A stretch of DNA of 64,000 nt from an uncultured Chloroflexia bacterium (GTDB taxonomy: Bacteria; Chloroflexota; Limnocylindria; Limnocylindrales; CSP1-4). The DNA lies in assembly GCA_963749705.1 (NCBI GenBank), contig CAVVNQ010000007.1:64001-128000 (forward strand), written 5' to 3'. Positions within the stretch are counted from its first letter, which is position 1, and each line of letters starts with the position of its first letter. The notes beneath the pieces were generated by a model, which saw nothing but the letters and a program-made list of their open reading frames with translations, did no database searches and was not told the origin of the DNA. Of the stretch, positions 55,557 to 64,000 are shown in pieces. The translations under genes were made by a program, and so were the position numbers.

Positions 55557-58500
55557 GTGGGTACCCGGCATCGCGCAGCTGCGTGGACCCGCCGCCGTGC
55601 GGGTCTGCCTCTCGCCGCAGTGATCCTTGCGTCGGGGATGAGCGGCACGATCCTTCTCCCGGCCGTGGATGCCTCGTCGCCAAACGACACCACCTCCACG
55701 ACGGGCGTCCACGTGGTTCAGATCCCGGGTCTCTTCGGTGGCTCCGCAAACGCGATCAACGCCGACGGTTGGGTGGTGGGTGCCGCGCGCTTCAGCACCG
55801 CCCCCATGAATCAGGCATTCCTCTGGAAGGCGAAAGGCTCGCCGATTCCGCTGATCGATCCCGAGCCAGGGGTCGTCTTCGACAGCGGTGCCAACGACAT
55901 CAACGACGGCGGCGAGGTCGTCGGATGGTTCGACAATGCTGTGACCAATGCCAAGGGCGCGTTCCGTTGGAGCGGCTCGGGACCGTACGAAGACCTGGGC
56001 ATCGTGCCGGGCACCATCGCGGGCGGGAACATCGAGGCGAAGGCGATCGACAACGGCGGCAACGTCGTTGGCTGGTACGTCGCCGCTCCGGGAGCGTGTG
56101 GTCTGTCCTCGGGCGCCACAGGCGGGACATGCAGCTTCTATGCGCGCCAGGGTGACACGGGAGCCTCCATCGGCAGCATCGGCGTGGTCGATGACGGCAC
56201 CTCCACCGGAGCGAAGTTCCTTGCCGCGGACGTTGCGCTGTGGGACGGCGTGGACGGCGTCGTCACGGGAACAGCCGGCGGCCATGGCTACAGCTGGGTT
56301 GGATTCGATCTCCGTTCGAATGCCTTCGAACCGTTCACCGATGCCGGGATTGTCAATGCGGTGAGCAACAGCCTCGACTACGCCGGCAGCGTGGCGACGG
56401 TCGATGGGACCCGCGCCGCCGTCTGGTCCGGTGCCAACAGCGCCCCGACCGCCGTCCTGCCGACCCTCGGCGGTTCGTTCAGCCAGGCGAACGCGATCAA
56501 CGGATCTGGAGCGGTGGTCGGGTCGAGTGAGACCGCGAGTGGTGAGACGCATGCGTTCCTCTGGACACCCACCGACGGCATGCAGGACCTCGGGACGCTT
56601 GGCGGCATCTCGAGCACGGCGTTCGACATCAATGACGCCGGCCTGATCGTCGGCCAGGCAACATCCGCGGGCTCGACGTTGCAGCACGCCGTGGTGTGGG
56701 ATGTGGCGGGAACCTTCCACCCGGACTTCCCACCCGAGATCGATCCGATCTCGCCCAAGACGGTCGCCCCGGGGGAGGGGCTCACCATCACGCCGGCCAT
56801 CACCGATCCCGAAGCAGACCCCTTCTCGGTCGTCTGGTCCGATCTGCCTGCCGGCGCCACCCAGGTCGGCAACAGCCTCGAATGGACGCCGACCGATGCC
56901 GACATCGGGACGTACCAGGTCACGGTCACCGCCGTCGAGGATGGGGACGCTGCGGTCTTCACCTCGCTGACGGTGGCCATCAATGTCAGTGCCGGGGTAC
57001 GCCTCGATCCGATCGGGGACAAGGTCGCCACCGTGGGCGTGGAGCTCACGTTCACCGCGACCGCAACGGCTCCTGGCCCGTATTCCCTGACCTATGGGCT
57101 GGCCGGTGGCACGTTGGCACTACCTGGGCCACCCCCGGCCGGCGCCACGATCGATCCGACGACGGGTGCCTTCTCGTGGACGCCAACCCTCGATCAGGAG
57201 GGCGACCATCCGCTCGTCGTGATCGTTTCGGACCTCTTCTCCGGGTCTTCCGATTACGAGGAGTTCACCGTCGCGGTTCTCCCGGAAGGGCCGGTGAACA
57301 CTCCGCCAACGGCAGATGCCGGGATGGACCAGTCGGTGCTCGTCGGTGAGCTCGTCACCCTCGATGGATCCGCCTCAACCGACGCGGATTCCGACCCGCT
57401 CTCATACGCGTGGGTCCTCGTCTCCGCTCCCAGTGGCTCAGCTGCCGCGCTGTCGGCGAGCGACACCGCGGCGCCCAGCTTCACTCCAGATGTCGCGGGT
57501 GACTACACCGTCCAGCTGACGGTCGACGATGGGAACGGCGGGATCGATTCGGACCTGGTCGTCGTCCATGCCGCCGCGGCACCCACCGTGGTGGTCATCA
57601 CGATCAGCGAGGCGATCGGCGTGACCGACGCCGTGACCGTCCGGCCGCCCGTGGTCATCACGATCAGCGAGGCGATCGGGGTGACCGACGCCGTGACCGT
57701 CCGGCCGCCCGTGGTCATCACGATCAGCGAGGCGATCGGGGTCACCGACGCCGTGACCGTCCGGCCGCCCGTGGTCATCACGATCAGCGAGGCGATCGGC
57801 GTGACCGACGCCGTGACCGTCCGGCCGCCCGTGGTCATCACGATCAGCGAGGCGATCGGCGTGACCGACGCCGTGACCGTCCGGCCGCCCGTGGTCATCA
57901 CGATCAGCGAGGCCATCGGCGTGACCGACGCCGTGACCGTCCGGCCGCCCGTGGTCATCACGATCAGCGAGGCGATCGGCGTGACCGACGCCGTGACCGT
58001 CCGACCGCCCGTGGTCATCACGATCAGCGAGGCGATCGGCGTGACCGACGCCGTGACCGTCCGACCGCCCGTGGTCATCACGATCAGCGAGGCGATCGGC
58101 GTGACCGACGCCGTGACCGTCTCGGTCCCAACCCTGACTGTCGATCTCGGCGTGCTGTATGACAAGCTCGGGAACCCGACCACCCATGTCTCGGTTGGCG
58201 ACGAGGCCACGCTGATCGGCGATGGGTTCGATCCGAACGCCGCGGTGACCGTCGAGATTCGGTCGGATCCGATCCAGCTCGGCACCACAACGGCCGACGG
58301 CACGGGTCACATCTCGGTGGTGATCACGATCCCAGCCCTGTCGGCCGGCGAGCACACCGTGGCTGCCGTCGGCATGGTTGACGGCCACCCGCACGAGGTC
58401 CAGGTACAGATCACCGTCCTCAGCCCCGCAGCGGTCGAGCTGAGCGACGGCAACCCGATTTCGGTCCCCGTCACTGAGCCCGGCGGCGACAGTGAGCCGT

Positions 58501-59228
58501 TCGACCTGACGTACACGGTCGGCGAGGTCTATCCGAACCTGGTCAGCGGTGGCCTCGGCGGTGCGGAGGTCGGGCTGTCGCTGGAGCCGGTAGGCCCCGG
58601 CTCAACGGTCCAGGCCGACTCGTGCACGACGTCGCTCGACGACGAGCTCCAGGTCACGTGCCGGTTCTCGGACGTGCCGGTCAACACATATGCAGCGGTC
58701 GCCAGCGTGGGCGGCCTCTACCTGGGCTCCGACGAGGACGTCCTCGTGATCTACGACCCGAGCCTCGGCTTCACGACCGGAGGTGGCTGGTTCAGCTGGC
58801 CCGGGACCGGGGACCGCACCACCTTCGGATACACCATGAAGTACAACAAGAAGGGCACAAACCTGAAGGGCAGCCTTCTCCTCATTCGGCACCTCCCGGA
58901 CGGCACCGCCTATCGGCTGAAGTCGAACGCGCTGGATGGGCTCGCGCTGTCCGATCCATCCGCCGCGTTCGGCTGGGCGACGTTCAGCGGCAAGGCCACG
59001 TACCAGGCGCCTGGCTGGCCCGCACCTGCGGGCAACTTCCACTTCGTTGTCTACGCCGAGGACAACGACACACCCGGCGCAGGTGTGGATCGTTTCTGGA
59101 TCAGCGTGACCGATGGCGATGGCAACCCGACCGATCTCTCGATGACCGGTCCTGCGGTCGACGAGGCCGCGCTCCTGGGTGGCGGCGACGTCGCGGTTCC
59201 CCACGGAACGCATCGTGGGCGCAAGTGA
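55557..59228 (+). CDS. Large secreted adhesin-like protein: HAF-repeat propeller, two Ig/cadherin-like domains, PKD-like domain, nine 20-aa repeats, further Ig-like and C-terminal beta domains
   Basis: Signal peptide; HAFLWTPTDGMQDLGTLGG; GATIDPTTGAFSWTPT; NTPPTADAGMDQ; GFTTGGGWF C-terminal domain. Confidence 0.85.
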   Translation: MGTRHRAAAWTRRRAGLPLAAVILASGMSGTILLPAVDASSPNDTTSTTGVHVVQIPGLFGGSANAINADGWVVGAARFSTAPMNQAFLWKAKGSPIPLIDPEPGVVFDSGANDINDGGEVVGWFDNAVTNAKGAFRWSGSGPYEDLGIVPGTIAGGNIEAKAIDNGGNVVGWYVAAPGACGLSSGATGGTCSFYARQGDTGASIGSIGVVDDGTSTGAKFLAADVALWDGVDGVVTGTAGGHGYSWVGFDLRSNAFEPFTDAGIVNAVSNSLDYAGSVATVDGTRAAVWSGANSAPTAVLPTLGGSFSQANAINGSGAVVGSSETASGETHAFLWTPTDGMQDLGTLGGISSTAFDINDAGLIVGQATSAGSTLQHAVVWDVAGTFHPDFPPEIDPISPKTVAPGEGLTITPAITDPEADPFSVVWSDLPAGATQVGNSLEWTPTDADIGTYQVTVTAVEDGDAAVFTSLTVAINVSAGVRLDPIGDKVATVGVELTFTATATAPGPYSLTYGLAGGTLALPGPPPAGATIDPTTGAFSWTPTLDQEGDHPLVVIVSDLFSGSSDYEEFTVAVLPEGPVNTPPTADAGMDQSVLVGELVTLDGSASTDADSDPLSYAWVLVSAPSGSAAALSASDTAAPSFTPDVAGDYTVQLTVDDGNGGIDSDLVVVHAAAAPTVVVITISEAIGVTDAVTVRPPVVITISEAIGVTDAVTVRPPVVITISEAIGVTDAVTVRPPVVITISEAIGVTDAVTVRPPVVITISEAIGVTDAVTVRPPVVITISEAIGVTDAVTVRPPVVITISEAIGVTDAVTVRPPVVITISEAIGVTDAVTVRPPVVITISEAIGVTDAVTVSVPTLTVDLGVLYDKLGNPTTHVSVGDEATLIGDGFDPNAAVTVEIRSDPIQLGTTTADGTGHISVVITIPALSAGEHTVAAVGMVDGHPHEVQVQITVLSPAAVELSDGNPISVPVTEPGGDSEPFDLTYTVGEVYPNLVSGGLGGAEVGLSLEPVGPGSTVQADSCTTSLDDELQVTCRFSDVPVNTYAAVASVGGLYLGSDEDVLVIYDPSLGFTTGGGWFSWPGTGDRTTFGYTMKYNKKGTNLKGSLLLIRHLPDGTAYRLKSNALDGLALSDPSAAFGWATFSGKATYQAPGWPAPAGNFHFVVYAEDNDTPGAGVDRFWISVTDGDGNPTDLSMTGPAVDEAALLGGGDVAVPHGTHRGRK
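57591..58121 (+). repeat. 60-bp coding tandem repeat x~9 (VVITISEAIGVTDAVTVRPP)
   Basis: Units align in register with the 60-nt lines; differences are synonymous only (GGC/GGG, GTG/GTC, GCG/GCC, CGG/CGA). Confidence 0.97.
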
Positions 59229-59494
59229 TGCCGGCACGGTCGTCGCCACGCCTGACGCTGCTCGCAACGATCCTGACGACGACTGCCTGTGGTGCGCCGC
59301 GAGCCACGCCGAGCGAAGCCGCCTCGCAGGACTTGCCGACCTTGACCTCCGCGCCCACGACCCTGGCAGCGGTCTCGCCAACCCCGGCACCAGTCGGCGG
59401 GCCGAGCCACGCCGGTGAGGCAACCGGCGGGAGGGGGATGGACGAGTCCGTGGGCGTGACCGACCAGGTGACCATCGTGATCAGGGATCCGTAA
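59228..59494 (+). CDS. 88-aa lipoprotein: lipobox, P/T/S/A linker, one C-terminal copy of the repeat motif (putative anchor/nucleator)
   Basis: ATG overlaps the adhesin stop (TGATG); MPARSSPRLTLLATILTTTAC...MDESVGVTDQVTIVIRDP; present only as the tail of ORF 58622..59494 in the track. Confidence 0.75.
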   Translation: MPARSSPRLTLLATILTTTACGAPRATPSEAASQDLPTLTSAPTTLAAVSPTPAPVGGPSHAGEATGGRGMDESVGVTDQVTIVIRDP

Positions 59495-59571
59495 CGACGA
59501 GGTCCCAAGCCTCGTTCCGCGGGCACCAGAAGGTGAGTGCCGCGCCCCGTTGGGCGGGCGAGGAGGTTCCC

Positions 59572-60111
59572 GTGCCGATCTTGCAGCTGGCGAAGCGCCT
59601 GCTTGTCGTCCTCGTCGCAGGTCTGGCGCTGTCGGCTTGTACGAGTGCGCCCGCCGCCCGTCCTGATGGGGGAGCATCGCAACCGGCAGGGAGCGGCACC
59701 GCGACACCCGGCACTGCATCCGGGCCCACGCCGCGCGCGGCGGCGACAGCGACGCAGCGGGCTGGCGAGTCAGCCGGTGCGAGCGTGTCCAATGGCCCGA
59801 AGTCGAGCATGTCCGGCGACTGGAGCGGCACCGTGGTCGAGAGCACGGGCTCGCAGGGGATCAGGTTCGTGCTCCTGGAGATCGCGGGGACGATCAGCGG
59901 CGATGTCCTCTACGAGCACGGCAAGGCGGACAACGGGGTGACGGGTACCTGGGACGGCGATTCGGTAACGCTCGTCTATGAGGCTCGCACCACGAAACAG
60001 ACGACGACGTACAAGGGCACGGTCTCCGACGGCTTCTTCCGCGGCACGGTCTCCAGGGAGATCGGAGGCCAGTCCGCGCCCGGCGGCACGTTCGAGGTCA
60101 GCAGGAAGTAG
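59572..60111 (+). CDS. Lipoprotein with small beta-barrel-like domain
   Basis: RBS AGGAGG before GTG 59572; lipobox LSAC; MSGDWSG...GTFEVSRK. Confidence 0.75.
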   Translation: MPILQLAKRLLVVLVAGLALSACTSAPAARPDGGASQPAGSGTATPGTASGPTPRAAATATQRAGESAGASVSNGPKSSMSGDWSGTVVESTGSQGIRFVLLEIAGTISGDVLYEHGKADNGVTGTWDGDSVTLVYEARTTKQTTTYKGTVSDGFFRGTVSREIGGQSAPGGTFEVSRK

Positions 60112-60152
60112 GCAGTCCTGCGGCAGCTATTCGGGTATGCGTCGGCGCGTGC

Positions 60153-60527
60153 TCAGCCGAAGAAGTCGGTGATCGCCTTCGTGTCGTCGGAGAACGCCCA
60201 GCGCTCGGTGACCTTGCCGTCACGGACGTGGTAGATCTCCGCCGTGCGATAGGTCAGCGAGCGGTCGCCGTGGGTCACGTGCGCCGTGCCCAGCGCGATC
60301 GCGTGATCGTCGTTGGCGACGACGTCGTGGATCTCGTAGTCGATGGTGTAGCCCTCGAAGTCGGCCATCGACCCGGCCAGCTCCCCCTTGCCGCGCCGTG
60401 GCTGCGCACGCCCGATCTCGTGCCACACGACGTCATCGGCGACCCGGCTGGCCGCCCCGTCCATGTCCCCGCTGCTCATCGCCTCGTTCATCTCGCGAAC
60501 GACCTTGGCGTTCGGGTGCTCGGCCAT
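60153..60527 (-). CDS. SnoaL/NTF2-like protein
   Basis: ADDVVWH, HDVVANDDH, YHVRDGKVTERW. Confidence 0.85.
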   Translation of the reverse strand: MAEHPNAKVVREMNEAMSSGDMDGAASRVADDVVWHEIGRAQPRRGKGELAGSMADFEGYTIDYEIHDVVANDDHAIALGTAHVTHGDRSLTYRTAEIYHVRDGKVTERWAFSDDTKAITDFFG

Positions 60528-60638
60528 GCTCGCCCTCCATCGTGCCGGCGCGCGGGCGACGGATGCGCGACTGGACGCCGCCGGCTCGTGTGCTACCCGA
60601 AATGTACCCGTCCTGGCTACCCCCCCGTAGCCGTCAGG

Positions 60639-61067
60639 TCAGCCGTACTGGCTGAGCTCCACGAGATGGCCGTCCGGGTCGCGCGTGAAGCACCGGGTCT
60701 CGAGGCCGTTGACCACGGGCGGGGTGAGGAACGTGGCCCCGCGCGCCAGAAGCACCTCGTACACGGCCCGGCAGTCCCCGACGCGGATCGTCATCGCGTG
60801 GCTGACGGTGGTCGGGTCCGGCGGCGGCGCGAAGGTCACGTCCGGCTTGTCGGGCGTCGGGCCACCGCCGGTCACCAGCAGCAGCCAGCTGCCGCCGAGC
60901 TGGAGCACCGCCGACGTGCCGCCGTACTCGCGGTACAGCGAGGCGCCCAGCACCGACACCCACCAGGTGCGGGCACGCTCGAGGTCGCTGACGACCAGGA
61001 TGTGCGTCATCTCGATGCCCGCTTCCGGGAACCCCGGGGTCGTGGGCGGTTCGGTCGCGTTCATCAC
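60639..61067 (-). CDS. VOC/glyoxalase family protein
   Basis: THILVVSDLERA, RDPDGHLVEL. Confidence 0.88.
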   Translation of the reverse strand: MMNATEPPTTPGFPEAGIEMTHILVVSDLERARTWWVSVLGASLYREYGGTSAVLQLGGSWLLLVTGGGPTPDKPDVTFAPPPDPTTVSHAMTIRVGDCRAVYEVLLARGATFLTPPVVNGLETRCFTRDPDGHLVELSQYG

Positions 61068-61109
61068 GTCCTCCCTGGCGTCGGGCGCCGGTTCGTCCTG
61101 CGTCCCGGC

Positions 61110-62063
61110 TCATTCCACCAGGTAGCGAGAGACCTGGTTGATGAGCGGCTCCCCAGTGGCGAACCGGCGAACCTGGTCGCCCGCGAGCTCGAACGTGCGG
61201 ACCGTCGCCTGCGGTGAGTCACCCGCGATGTGCGGGCTGACCAGCACGTTGGGCAGCGCCCACAGTGGATGGCCCCCGGGCAGTGGCTCGGGCTCCGTGA
61301 CATCGAGGGCCGCACGCAGCCGGCCCGTCTCCAGCTCCCGCACCAACGCGCCGGTGTCCACCGTGCGCCCCCGGCCGCCGTTGACGACCATCGCGCCATC
61401 GGGCAGCAGCGCCAGCCGGCGGGCGTCGAGCAGGCCGTCGGTCTCGCTCGTGAGCGGCAGCATGTTGACCAGGATCCCGGCGCCGGGAAGGACGCCATCG
61501 AGATCCGCCATGCCGAGGACCCCGTCCCGCGCGGTTCGCGCGACGCCGATGATCTCCACGCCGAACGGGCGCAGGCGGTCGGCGATCGCGGACCCGATCG
61601 AGCCCATGCCGAGGATGACCACCGTGGTTCCGGCCAGCTCGTCCGGCTCGTACGAGGTCCACTCGCCGCGCCCCTGTGCGTCGCGCGCTCGGACGAGCCC
61701 GCGCTGCATGGCGAGGATCGCGCCCAGCGCCCACTCCGCGAGCGGCACGTCGTACACGCCGCGCGCGTTGCAGACCATCACGTCCGCGGGGACGTGGCCC
61801 CGAAGCCAGTTGACGCCCGCGCTCAGGGTCTGGATGACGCGCAGTCGACCCTGCGGGTGGTCGAGCACGGCGAGCAGCGTCTCGCGGATGCGGTGGTAGG
61901 GGATGACCAGATCCACGCCGCTGAGATCCGGGATCGGCCCCGGCTCCTGCGGAACGAGGACCACATCCACGTTGTCCGGGAGGTCGCCCATGTGAGCTCG
62001 CTCGGGGACATCGGGCAGACAGACGGTGACGCGCTCGCTGTGGCTGGCGGGTTGGTCAGGCAT
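61110..62063 (-). CDS. D-2-hydroxyacid dehydrogenase family
   Basis: GMGSIG, LPLTSET, NGGRG, LDVTEPEPL, SPHIAG. Confidence 0.92.
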   Translation of the reverse strand: MPDQPASHSERVTVCLPDVPERAHMGDLPDNVDVVLVPQEPGPIPDLSGVDLVIPYHRIRETLLAVLDHPQGRLRVIQTLSAGVNWLRGHVPADVMVCNARGVYDVPLAEWALGAILAMQRGLVRARDAQGRGEWTSYEPDELAGTTVVILGMGSIGSAIADRLRPFGVEIIGVARTARDGVLGMADLDGVLPGAGILVNMLPLTSETDGLLDARRLALLPDGAMVVNGGRGRTVDTGALVRELETGRLRAALDVTEPEPLPGGHPLWALPNVLVSPHIAGDSPQATVRTFELAGDQVRRFATGEPLINQVSRYLVE

Positions 62064-62126
62064 GTGCCCATGTTGCGCGATCCGGCGCCTGGGCGTCGCT
62101 TGGCACCGGCGGCGCGACGTGGTGGC

Positions 62127-63533
62127 TCAGGGCTTGGACACCGAGAGCCAGGGCTGCACCTCGTTTGCCCCCGGCTCGTACACCCAATCGGCCTTCACCA
62201 GGTCGCCGACCGTGAAGGTCACGCTCGATACCTTCTTGCCCAATGACGAGCTGGTGACCGAGCAGGTGCCGTCGCCCGTGGTCGTGCACGAGGTCTCGCC
62301 CGACCCCGATGACCAGCTGCCGGTGACGAGCACGCCGTCGAGCGGGCCGTCCGCATCGACCACCTGGATCGTCACGGTCGCGGTCCAGTTCCGGCGCACT
62401 GCGTTCGCCGTCTCGGTCATGGCCCGGATCCACATCGGCGTGGGTTCGATGGCCGAGACGGTCGCGGTGGCCGAGTCGGCAGCCGCGTCGTTGTCGGTGA
62501 CCGTGAGCGTGACATCGAACGTGCCGGTCGAGACGTACGTGTGCGATGGGTTGGTCGCCGTGGAGACCGACCCATCCCCGAAGTCCCAGACGTGGGTTGT
62601 GATCGTGCCGTCGGTGTCAGTGGACGTGTCGGTGAACGCGCATGTCAGCCCGGAACAGCTGCTCGTGAACGAGGCGTTCGGGGGCTGGTTTGCGGGCGGG
62701 GTTGCGGTCCACGTGTAGCCCGCGGCCCAGGTGACCGCTGCGAGCTTCGCCTGGCCCGCGATCGATGGGTGGAAGTAGTCGCCCGAGACGTCGCTCTTGG
62801 CGAACTGCACGTTGAACAGCGCGTTGCCGTCGAACCGGCACCTGGTGAAGGTCGCGCACACCTCGGCCAGCTGCTGGTTGAAGTCGATGTTGCGCTGGCG
62901 GACGTCGGCGCGGCGCTGGACGTCGGCGGCCTGGGTCGAGGTCGGGTTGGCCAGCAGCGACTGGCAGATGTCGCCGACGGACCACACCACGCGCGCCCAC
63001 CAGCCGTTGTGGAACAGGTTCCACAGCTGGTACACGTCGGGGATGCTGGCCACGTACACGTACGTCGAGGGCGAGCCGGTCGTGATCGTCTCCATCGCCG
63101 TCTGGAACTGTGCCCGGAAGTCGGCCACCGAGGTCATCTGCGCCACCGTGTCCGTGCACAGGTCGTTGCCCCCGATGAGCACGGTCAGGTAGTCCGGATG
63201 GAGGGCGACGACGCCGGTCATCTGGGCGTCGAGCCCGACGACCCTGGCGCCGCTCACGGAGCGGTTGTTGTTCTGGCCGGCGATCGGCGCGCCGAGCGCG
63301 AGCAGGCGCAGGTAGTGGCTGTCGACCGTCGTGTTCGTCCCGGTCGACCACGAGTTCTCGGGCGCGTCCGCGCCGAGCGATCCATTCGAGCTGGCCGCCT
63401 GCGTGATCGAGTCGCCGACGGCGGCCATGACCGCCGGCAGCGGCAGCGCAGTGTCCGCAGCCGACGCGGGCGGCACGAGACCACCCAGCAGCAGGACCAG
63501 GGGGATGGCCAGGGTTGCGAGCCGGCGTGTCAT
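62127..63533 (-). CDS. Secreted SGNH/GDSL hydrolase with PKD domain
   Basis: Signal peptide; GDSIT, GGNDLC, DYFHPS; WDFGDG PKD. Confidence 0.88.
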   Translation of the reverse strand: MTRRLATLAIPLVLLLGGLVPPASAADTALPLPAVMAAVGDSITQAASSNGSLGADAPENSWSTGTNTTVDSHYLRLLALGAPIAGQNNNRSVSGARVVGLDAQMTGVVALHPDYLTVLIGGNDLCTDTVAQMTSVADFRAQFQTAMETITTGSPSTYVYVASIPDVYQLWNLFHNGWWARVVWSVGDICQSLLANPTSTQAADVQRRADVRQRNIDFNQQLAEVCATFTRCRFDGNALFNVQFAKSDVSGDYFHPSIAGQAKLAAVTWAAGYTWTATPPANQPPNASFTSSCSGLTCAFTDTSTDTDGTITTHVWDFGDGSVSTATNPSHTYVSTGTFDVTLTVTDNDAAADSATATVSAIEPTPMWIRAMTETANAVRRNWTATVTIQVVDADGPLDGVLVTGSWSSGSGETSCTTTGDGTCSVTSSSLGKKVSSVTFTVGDLVKADWVYEPGANEVQPWLSVSKP

Positions 63534-63724
63534 GACTGCCCTCCACCGCACCGCGACGCGACACCCGCGGCCAGGCCGGCAGCATACGTCTCGACCGGGC
63601 GCGGGTGAAGGTCGGTCGCGGAGGGTGGTCATCGCCCGCGGTCGCGGGCTGTGGACATCGCCGCGGAACTCCCGTGCGGCGTCGCCGACCACCGCAGCGT
63701 GATCTCCCGCAGTAGCATCAACCC

Positions 63725-64000
63725 ATGGGGCCGACGCTACCGGCGCGACCGCCGTTCACGATCCGGGCTCGCGTGCTCACGCCGCTTGCGGCGGGTGGCA
63801 CCCGCTATGAGCGTGACGGCCGGCTCGAGGTCGATGCGCGGGGGCTCATCACGGACGTAGGTCCGTGGCGGGACGAGCCCGGCGCGCCCGGCGGTGAGGT
63901 CGGCGGCGATGGCAGCGCCGGCGAGCGTCCGGCCGCCGCCGCCGCCCCAACGGTCGACCTGCGGCCATTCGTCCTGCTACCGGGCATGGTCGACCTCCAC
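63725..64000 (+). CDS. Amidohydrolase (possibly guanine deaminase-like), 3'-truncated by window edge
   Basis: Manual translation: MGPTLP..IRARVLTP..DGRLEVD..VDLRPFVLLPGMVDLH, the start of the DxHxH motif; absent from the ORF track. Confidence 0.7.
   Translation, partial: MGPTLPARPPFTIRARVLTPLAAGGTRYERDGRLEVDARGLITDVGPWRDEPGAPGGEVGGDGSAGERPAAAAAPTVDLRPFVLLPGMVDLH

Noticed and set aside
57591-58121. 60-bp repeats as a CRISPR array or DGR template/variable repeat
   Set aside because: No unique spacers, in-frame coding with synonymous-only changes, no adenine-specific variation, and no cas or reverse transcriptase gene in the window.
52141-60111. Prophage or integrative element
   Set aside because: No integrase, terminase, capsid, att-like repeats or tRNA; only a possible fold-level resemblance in one lipoprotein.

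Overview
High-GC, gene-dense bacterial DNA with about 65 CDSs. Lipoprotein style and gene content suggest a monoderm such as Chloroflexota (e.g. Ca. Limnocylindria) or an actinobacterium; this is inference only. I recognised no rRNA, tRNA, CRISPR array, integrase or transposase. Main blocks: (1) 0.5-19.2 kb, a putative GntR-controlled amino-sugar/sugar-acid catabolic locus (ABC importer, NagA- and NagB-like enzymes, DegT aminotransferase, Gfo/Idh/MocA, ceramidase-like amidase, SIS, cupins, LarA-like, SDR, KdgK, split-LamG propeller) with three related TTGTCnGACAA-like boxes. (2) 20.1-25.0 kb, a hexaheme + 4x[4Fe-4S] + NrfD + pentaheme redox module with a degenerate, Cys-rich response regulator. 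(3) 25-36 kb, MarR-ClC, a Ca/Na antiporter, a TetR cassette and a Lia/Psp-like envelope-stress two-component locus. (4) gnd-zwf followed by mixed signalling and housekeeping genes. (5) 52.1-60.1 kb, a block that looks compositionally distinct and is the best candidate for an undescribed system. It has an AAA-LuxR regulator, a perfect operator palindrome, a lipoprotein subunit, a 1223-aa adhesin with nine 20-aa repeats and an 88-aa lipoprotein. These three proteins share one beta-strand motif (E-x-[IV]-x-V-x4-T-[VI]), which suggests a donor-strand-assembled surface filament with a dedicated lipid anchor and a multivalent hub.
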